NCBI GenBank assembly: GCA_009711765.1
Contig: VEND01000050.1
Coordinates: 8,502 to 72,501 of the forward strand
DNA: 64,000 bases
DNA from: Bacillota bacterium
GTDB lineage: Bacteria > Bacillota > Clostridia > Tissierellales > MES13
Direction of reading: 5' to 3'
Positions within the stretch are counted from its first letter, which is position 1. Each line of letters starts with the position of its first letter. This document shows positions 57,161 through 64,000 of the stretch, piece after piece. Both the position numbers and the translations under genes were made by a program. The notes beneath the pieces are model-generated. The model was not told the origin of the DNA. It made no database searches and saw only the letters and a list, made by a program, of their open reading frames with translations.

Positions 57161-57889
57161 ATGTCAACTTCGGCTGTAAAATTATGGGAATTATATGAAG
57201 GATTAAAAAATAGATTTCTCTTTAATAATGACATAAACTCTATTTATGTTTTACTTTCGTTATATGATTTAGAAGAAAATATTAGTAATATTTACCCTAA
57301 ATATATATGTAGTAAAAACATAAAGACTAGGGTAAAAAAGATATTAAAAGAACGAGAAAATAGAAATCATATAGCTCAAAGTATAATATATGCTATTCGT
57401 GATGATATTAATAGAATTGAACTTTGTTTTTATTTAGAAGGGTATAAGTATGGATACTTTAATTATAAGTGGGTAAATGCTCTTGAAAAGAAGGCCTTAG
57501 ACACATATAATATTGAAAACATTTATGATAAGAATTATTTATTTCATTTCGATATTATGGGGGAAGGGGTTAATAATATCAAAACAAAGTTATGGAATGA
57601 AATAGACTTTGTAGAAAATCAAAAAAATAATATAAATGATTTAGTATATACTTTTGCTGATAAAGTAATAAAGCGAAAAATTAATAATTTAGATAAGCAT
57701 GCTGACAAACAATTGAAAGTGGATTTTAATGACTTTAATATAAAAGAAGAAAGTTATTTACTAACAAAAAAAGAAACTAACAATATATATCATGCAATAG
57801 TAAATGTTATGATTAAAAATTTAACTAAAATCTATAAGGAAGCAAGTTGGTATGCTTTAAATGATAAAGTCTTAAAAAGGTATTTATAA
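57161..57889 (+). CDS. Hypothetical protein, 242 aa, no recognisable domain
   Basis: Strong SD (TAGGGAGGA) 6 nt before the ATG. Soluble and Asn/Lys/Tyr-rich. No motifs I can assign. Confidence 0.6.
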   Translation: MSTSAVKLWELYEGLKNRFLFNNDINSIYVLLSLYDLEENISNIYPKYICSKNIKTRVKKILKERENRNHIAQSIIYAIRDDINRIELCFYLEGYKYGYFNYKWVNALEKKALDTYNIENIYDKNYLFHFDIMGEGVNNIKTKLWNEIDFVENQKNNINDLVYTFADKVIKRKINNLDKHADKQLKVDFNDFNIKEESYLLTKKETNNIYHAIVNVMIKNLTKIYKEASWYALNDKVLKRYL

Positions 57890-57948
57890 ATGTATATTTT
57901 ATATTAAAAATGGACAAAATATCTCTCTAAGATGGTAGGAGGGATATT

Positions 57949-58545
57949 ATGGTGAAATGGTTAAAAATAATTGTACCTTTATGTATTTTATTTGTAGTTG
58001 TTGGATTTTTTTATGGTTTTTATAGAGGGAGTAATATTACAAGTGAAAAACCAATCGATGATTATGAAGATAGTGTAGATAATTATATTAAAGAAAAACT
58101 AAATGATAATGTAAACTTAATGAATGATGAAGTAATTATAGGACCTAATACTTTAATTGAATATGTCATATATTATAAGGAATGTGGACATACAACAACT
58201 GAAATAGAAAAGGCTACAAAAAATATTATAAATTTAAATAAAGAAGAGTACACTAAATACGCAAATAAAAAATATAAAAATTACGAGATAGTGAAATTTA
58301 AACAGGATGAAGTTATATTAAAAATTAATAAAGATCATTTATGCCCAGAGCATTTTATTATTAGTATTAAGGATGGAAAGATTGCCGTATATGGTATAGA
58401 TGATAATGGGGAAGAGAAGATATTAAAGATAATAGATCAACCTATTGAATTGTTAAAAAAGATAGACCAAGAAAAACTTAATAGAGGAATAAGAGTGGAT
58501 AGCGAGGAAGAGTTAAATTCAATATTACAGGATTTTACAAGCTAA
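57949..58545 (+). CDS. Membrane-anchored protein, BofC C-terminal-domain-like (putative)
   Basis: N-terminal signal/anchor. The C-terminal segment HFIISIKDGKIAVYGIDDNGEEKILKIIDQPIELLKKIDQEKLNRGIRVDSEEELNSILQDF resembles the BofC C-domain. It sits directly upstream of ruvA, like bofC in B. subtilis (from memory). Confidence 0.45.
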   Translation: MVKWLKIIVPLCILFVVVGFFYGFYRGSNITSEKPIDDYEDSVDNYIKEKLNDNVNLMNDEVIIGPNTLIEYVIYYKECGHTTTEIEKATKNIINLNKEEYTKYANKKYKNYEIVKFKQDEVILKINKDHLCPEHFIISIKDGKIAVYGIDDNGEEKILKIIDQPIELLKKIDQEKLNRGIRVDSEEELNSILQDFTS

Positions 58546-58549
58546 AGAT

Positions 58550-58580
58550 AGAGTGAGGATATATAGCCTCACTCTTTTTT
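58550..58580 (+). terminator. Terminator after the bofC-like gene
   Basis: AGAGTGAGG atatatag CCTCACTCT, then T5. Confidence 0.85.
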
Positions 58581-58665
58581 GAGAGTTATGATATTATATA
58601 TTTAAGTCTTTTATACTATTATAGTAAAAAAATAGGTTTTTAAAAGGATTTCTGTATAAAAATAT

Positions 58666-58679
58666 CGAATATATGTTTG
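58666..58679 (+). promoter_or_regulatory. Putative LexA (SOS) box upstream of ruvA
   Basis: CGAATATATGTTTG versus the Firmicute consensus CGAACnnnnGTTCG (12 of 14 positions; both deviations are C to T). Located 28 nt upstream of the ruvA ATG. Confidence 0.45.
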
Positions 58680-58706
58680 TGAAGTTTTATTTATGGAGGA
58701 GATAAA

Positions 58707-59294
58707 ATGTATAATTATATAAAGGGGAAAATTGAAGAAATAGGGGATGAATACATCGTTGTTGATAATAATGGTATAGGATACAAAATAATGTCTTCAA
58801 AACATTCAATAGAAAGTATTAAAGATGTAACTGAAAATAAAAAGATTTATACATATTTAAATGTTAGAGAAGATGATTTAAGTCTTTATGGTTTTTTAAC
58901 AAAGGATGAACTATCAATATTTAAATTACTATTAACTGTTTCAAAAATTGGACCAAAGGTAGCTTTAGCAATAGTATCTACTATGGTTCCTAATGATATA
59001 AGATATGCAATTAATAACGAAGATATAAATCTCTTATCAACGGCACCAGGAGTAGGCAAAAAAACTGCTAAACGTATGATACTTGAATTAAAGGATAAAA
59101 TTGAAGATAATAATTTTACTGAAAATAATGTTTTAAATAAAAATAAAGGACCAGATTATGATGAAGCTTTAAGTGCTCTTTTAGCTTTAGGCTATACTAA
59201 AGTAGAAGTAAAAGAGGTTTTTTCTAAGATAGATACAAAGAATTTACAAACTGAGGATATAATTAAAAAAGCATTAAAGGTTATTGCAAAATAA
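58707..59294 (+). CDS. ruvA: Holliday junction branch migration complex subunit RuvA
   Basis: Begins MYNYIKGKI...GIGYKI, with the HhH motifs ([29 protein letters not shown]). Confidence 0.92.
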   Translation: MYNYIKGKIEEIGDEYIVVDNNGIGYKIMSSKHSIESIKDVTENKKIYTYLNVREDDLSLYGFLTKDELSIFKLLLTVSKIGPKVALAIVSTMVPNDIRYAINNEDINLLSTAPGVGKKTAKRMILELKDKIEDNNFTENNVLNKNKGPDYDEALSALLALGYTKVEVKEVFSKIDTKNLQTEDIIKKALKVIAK

Positions 59295-59310
59295 GAAAAG
59301 GGGAGTAATT

Positions 59311-60309
59311 ATGGAGGAAATGGAAGATAGGCTAATAACAAGTGGTTTTAAAGAGGAAGATAATGATATTGAGGTTAATCTAAGACCTCAAAAAATAAAT
59401 GACTATATTGGACAAGATAAAGTAAAGAAAAAACTCAAAATATTTATAGAAGCAGCTAAATCAAGAAATGAATCTTTAGATCATGTATTACTTTATGGAC
59501 CTCCTGGTTTAGGAAAAACAACTTTAGCTAGTATTATTGCAAATGAAATGAATGTAAATATAAAGATAACTTCTGGACCTGCGATAGATAGGCCAGGAGA
59601 CTTAGCAGCAATATTAACAAATTTAGGAGAAAACGATGTTTTATTTATTGATGAAATACATAGACTAAATAAAAACGTTGAAGAAATTCTTTATCCAGCA
59701 ATGGAGGATTTTGCAATAGATATAGTGATAGGAAAGGGGCCTAATGCAAGGTCTATTAGATTAGATTTAAATAAATTCACATTAATAGGAGCGACTACAA
59801 GGGCAGGATTATTGACTTCTCCTTTAAGGGATAGGTTTGGAGTTATTTGTAAACTTGATTATTACAATGTAGATGATTTAAAGAAAATAGTTACTAGATC
59901 TGCTGAAATTTTAGATGTTGAAATAGATACTACAGGAGCCTCAGAAATTGCTAAAAGATCAAGGGGAACCCCAAGGATAGCTAATAGAATTTTAAAAAGA
60001 GTAAGGGATTATGCTGAAGTTGTTGAGGATGGCCAAATAAATATGAATGTAGCAAATAAAGCTTTAGAGCTTTTAGAAGTAGATACACTAGGTTTAGATA
60101 ATGTAGATAAAAACTTATTACTAACTATAATTCAAAAGTTTAGTGGTGGTCCAGTAGGTTTAGATACATTAGCAGCTTCTATAGGCGAGGAGAGAACAAC
60201 TATAGAAGATGTTTATGAGCCATATTTATTACAAATAGGTTTTATAAATAGAACCCCAAGGGGAAGAGTTGTTACACAAAAGTGTTTGAAACATTTTAAA
60301 TTATCTTAA
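59311..60309 (+). CDS. ruvB: Holliday junction DNA helicase RuvB
   Basis: Walker [12 protein letters not shown], Walker [10 protein letters not shown], plus [16 protein letters not shown]. The start is set at ATG 59311 (AAAGGGGAG upstream). Confidence 0.95.
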   Translation: MEEMEDRLITSGFKEEDNDIEVNLRPQKINDYIGQDKVKKKLKIFIEAAKSRNESLDHVLLYGPPGLGKTTLASIIANEMNVNIKITSGPAIDRPGDLAAILTNLGENDVLFIDEIHRLNKNVEEILYPAMEDFAIDIVIGKGPNARSIRLDLNKFTLIGATTRAGLLTSPLRDRFGVICKLDYYNVDDLKKIVTRSAEILDVEIDTTGASEIAKRSRGTPRIANRILKRVRDYAEVVEDGQINMNVANKALELLEVDTLGLDNVDKNLLLTIIQKFSGGPVGLDTLAASIGEERTTIEDVYEPYLLQIGFINRTPRGRVVTQKCLKHFKLS

Positions 60310-60321
60310 AATGAGGTGTTT

Positions 60322-60537
60322 ATGCATACAATAGGGAAATTTTTAATATTTATTGGATTATTTATAGTATTTATAGGAGTTATTATTTTGGTTGGACAAA
60401 AAGTAGGACTAGGAAAGATACCTGGAGATATTTTTATTAAGAAGGGGAATTTTACTTTCTTTTTTCCTTTAATGTCTTGTATAATATTAAGTATTGTATT
60501 ATCTATAATCTTAAATATTTTTAATAAGTTAAAGTAA
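60322..60537 (+). CDS. DUF2905 family small membrane protein
   Basis: Two TM helices around GKIPGDIFIKKGNFTFFFPL. Typical position after ruvB. Confidence 0.7.
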   Translation: MHTIGKFLIFIGLFIVFIGVIILVGQKVGLGKIPGDIFIKKGNFTFFFPLMSCIILSIVLSIILNIFNKLK

Positions 60538-60565
60538 TTATTGATACTATTAAAGGAGGAGTAAA

Positions 60566-62197
60566 ATGATTTCTAAGACTAAAAATATAGTATTAGCAGT
60601 ATGTGTTATATTGATAGTAACTCTTACAACTAGAGCTTATGGTAATGAAAAAAGAGATTTTGTTATGATTGGATTAGAATCTTTAATAAATGAAGAAAAT
60701 TGTTTTAATTTGTATAGTAATGAAGGTTACTCTTTAGGTTCTTATAATGATGATTTTAATGAGATTGTTAAATTAGATTCAAAAGAATTATCAGTAAGAA
60801 TGGATGATTACTATGAAATTAATAGTAATAACTATGAACTTTCAGATATTAAAGATTCGGATTTAGGATATTTTCACTTGAAAATAGATGAAAATTATGA
60901 TTCATATGAAGAATCTATGGAGATAATAGATGATTTAAAAGACGAGGATATTAAAGCATATCCAGTATATAAAGATGGTTTTCAAATTTGGATAGGTCAT
61001 TTTTTAACAAAGGAAGATGCGAATAATAGAAAAGAAGAAATAGAAGACATAACTAGAGTTGATTTAGAAGTGACGATGGATAAAGAAAATGTTGTAATAG
61101 AGAATAATTCAGGTGAAACGGTATTTTTATATGATCCTAATGAAAAAATTTATTTTAAACCAAACAATCAAATTCCAGTAATTCAAATAAATAATAAAGA
61201 GTATAGAGATCTTTTAGCTTTTAATATAGTTGATAGAAATTTAATACCAATTAATTTTTTACCACTTAATCATTACTTATATGGAGTTGTTCCAAGGGAA
61301 GTTTCAGCAAGTTGGCCGATGGAGGCACTGAAAGCTCAAGCTGTTGCAGCAAGAAATTATACATTAATTAACAAATCTAAACATAGTAATAGTGGATATG
61401 GGCTCTGTGATACTCATGATTGTCAAGTGTATGGAGGTTATGCTGTAGAAAATGAAAAAAGTAATAAAGCTGTTGATGATACTTCTAATAAAGTAATTAC
61501 TTATAACGGAAATTTAATTTCTGCTTTTTACCATTCTACCAGTGGTGGACATACTGAAAATAGTGAAAACATTTGGAGTTTTGAGGTTCCTTATTTAAAA
61601 GGAGTAGATGATAAATTTTCAAAGGATTCACCTAATTCAAAATGGGAATTATCCATTGATAAAGAAAAACTAGAAAAAAAATTATTAGAAAATGATATAA
61701 AACTGGGAGATATAAGTCAAATTAAAATATTAGAAGTTTCAGACAATGGGAGAGTATTAAAATTATTAGTAATAGGAACAGAAGGAAATAAAGTATTTGA
61801 AAAAGAGGCTATAAGAAAAATTATAGGTTATTATGAATTAAAAAGTACATGGTATAATGTAAAAACTGATGCAGATGTTTATGTAATAGATGGAAATAGC
61901 AACAAACCTATAAAAAAGACTATAAATAATACAAAAATTATTACAGTGGACGGATTAAATTCTGTAAGTAGAGATTCAGATAGAAGAGTAGGAAATGAAA
62001 ATTATAAAAAATTTAGTATCACAGATGGAGAAGTAGATAAAAAAGTTTCTGCTATACCTACAACATATTATTTTAGCGGTAAAGGTTGGGGGCATGGTCT
62101 TGGTATGAGTCAATGGGGAGCAAAAAGAATGGCAGAATTAGGATATAGTTTTGATGAGATATTAGAATATTATTATACAGGCACAAAAGTAGAGTAA
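60566..62197 (+). CDS. SpoIID/LytB domain protein with an N-terminal SPOR-like region
   Basis: Signal peptide, then the SpoIID core ([29 protein letters not shown]...[11 protein letters not shown]...[16 protein letters not shown]...[11 protein letters not shown]). Confidence 0.8.
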   Translation: MISKTKNIVLAVCVILIVTLTTRAYGNEKRDFVMIGLESLINEENCFNLYSNEGYSLGSYNDDFNEIVKLDSKELSVRMDDYYEINSNNYELSDIKDSDLGYFHLKIDENYDSYEESMEIIDDLKDEDIKAYPVYKDGFQIWIGHFLTKEDANNRKEEIEDITRVDLEVTMDKENVVIENNSGETVFLYDPNEKIYFKPNNQIPVIQINNKEYRDLLAFNIVDRNLIPINFLPLNHYLYGVVPREVSASWPMEALKAQAVAARNYTLINKSKHSNSGYGLCDTHDCQVYGGYAVENEKSNKAVDDTSNKVITYNGNLISAFYHSTSGGHTENSENIWSFEVPYLKGVDDKFSKDSPNSKWELSIDKEKLEKKLLENDIKLGDISQIKILEVSDNGRVLKLLVIGTEGNKVFEKEAIRKIIGYYELKSTWYNVKTDADVYVIDGNSNKPIKKTINNTKIITVDGLNSVSRDSDRRVGNENYKKFSITDGEVDKKVSAIPTTYYFSGKGWGHGLGMSQWGAKRMAELGYSFDEILEYYYTGTKVE

Positions 62198-62208
62198 AGG
62201 ATGATTAT

Positions 62209-63234
62209 ATGAAAAAAACAGATTTTTATTTCGATTTACCAGAAAACCTTATAGCACAACATCCATTGAAAAATAGAGAAGAATCTAAATTAATGGTATT
62301 AGATAAAGATTCAGGGGCATTAGAGCATAAAAAATTCAAAGATATTATTGACTATCTTAAAAAGGGAGACTGTCTTGTTTTAAATAATACAAGAGTAATA
62401 CCTGCAAGACTATATGGGGCAAGGGAAAGTACAGGAGGTAAAGTTGAGTTTCTCCTACTAAATAATATAGAAAAAAACAGATGGGAGACTTTAGTTAAAC
62501 CTGGTAAGAAAGCAAGAATAGGGGATACTATTGATTTTGGAGAGGGTTTGTTAAGAGCTAAAGTTTTGGATATTACCCAATCAGGATCAAGGATTGTAGA
62601 ATTTGATTATGAGGGAATATTTCAGCAAATATTAGACAAATTAGGCGAGATGCCACTACCACCCTATATAAAAGAAAAATTAGATGATAAAGAAAGGTAT
62701 CAAACTGTATATTCAAAAAAAGAAGGTTCAGCGGCTGCGCCTACGGCAGGCTTACATTTTACAGAAGATTTATTAAAAAGAATTAAAAATAAGGGTGTAA
62801 AGATAGCTTATGTTACACTCCATGTTGGATTAGGTACATTTAGACCGGTAAAGGAAGATAATATAGAAGAACATGATATGCATTCTGAATATTATGAGGT
62901 AACAAAAGAAGCAGCAGAAATAATAAATCAAACAAAGAATAATGGAGGTAAGATTTATTCTGTAGGAACAACTAGTACTAGAACATTAGAATCCATAGCA
63001 GATGAGTCAGGTAAAATTCATCCTAAGTCAGGGTGGACTGATATTTTTATTTATCCTGGTTATAATTTTAAAGTAATAGATAGATTAATAACTAATTTTC
63101 ATTTACCTGAATCAACGTTAATTATGCTTGTTAGTGCTTTAGCTAGAAGAGAAAATGTACTTAATGCTTATAATAAGGCTATAGAAAATAAATATAGATT
63201 TTTTAGTTTTGGAGATGCTATGTTAATTAAATAA
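62209..63234 (+). CDS. queA: S-adenosylmethionine:tRNA ribosyltransferase-isomerase
   Basis: Contains [37 protein letters not shown] and [10 protein letters not shown]. Confidence 0.95.
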   Translation: MKKTDFYFDLPENLIAQHPLKNREESKLMVLDKDSGALEHKKFKDIIDYLKKGDCLVLNNTRVIPARLYGARESTGGKVEFLLLNNIEKNRWETLVKPGKKARIGDTIDFGEGLLRAKVLDITQSGSRIVEFDYEGIFQQILDKLGEMPLPPYIKEKLDDKERYQTVYSKKEGSAAAPTAGLHFTEDLLKRIKNKGVKIAYVTLHVGLGTFRPVKEDNIEEHDMHSEYYEVTKEAAEIINQTKNNGGKIYSVGTTSTRTLESIADESGKIHPKSGWTDIFIYPGYNFKVIDRLITNFHLPESTLIMLVSALARRENVLNAYNKAIENKYRFFSFGDAMLIK

Positions 63235-63260
63235 ACAAAAGATAAGTTAGGAGGCTTTAG

Positions 63261-64000
<740 letters not shown>

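Overview
Very AT-rich (judged by eye, not computed) chromosomal segment from an endospore-forming Firmicute. It is most likely an anaerobic member of the Clostridia: it carries a clostridial 2x[4Fe-4S] ferredoxin and radical SAM gene, and no aerobic markers were seen. The window is almost entirely conserved housekeeping and sporulation genes, mostly on the + strand. From memory, the first ~26 kb is colinear with the B. subtilis yqeZ-to-sigA region: nfeD-floA, yqfC-yqfD-phoH-pgpH-ybeY-dgkA-corC-like, cdd-era-yqzL-recO, T-box-glyQS, ccpN-yqfL, dgt-like, yqxD-dnaG-sigA, trmK-nif3-COG1579-rnpB. Next come DUF45, cysE, dapF, ferredoxin, an MFS transporter, a frame-split rocB-like peptidase, a radical SAM gene and T-box-asnA. 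After those: spoIIAA-spoIIAB-sigF directly followed by a seven-gene spoVA operon, then a 1009-aa class A PBP, yunB, hflX, nudix, yigZ, nadE and yebC. The window ends with a small patch of poorly characterised genes and then bofC-like-ruvA-ruvB-DUF2905-spoIID-like-queA-tgt (3' partial). RNA elements found are RNase P RNA and two T-box leaders (Gly GGC, Asn AAC). Three genes shorter than 60 aa that the ORF track misses are added: yqzL, the ferredoxin and a 56-aa ORF. I saw no tRNA, rRNA, CRISPR array, transposase, integrase, prophage or recognisable defence module. I do not find a convincing novel multigene system, so this looks like an ordinary core region. The best leads are small-scale. (1) A near-consensus Shine-Dalgarno sits about 60 nt upstream of the SD-less spoVAEA start and is bridged to it by a two-tier hairpin. 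(2) An anti-SD/SD inverted repeat lies in the leader of an orphan Ser-tailed gene. (3) dgkA is fused to a PAP2-like phosphatase half. (4) The rocB-like gene is split by a one-base shift at an A6 run. (5) Two half-size TSUP transporter genes are translationally coupled. (6) Two perfect palindromes sit in promoter regions.
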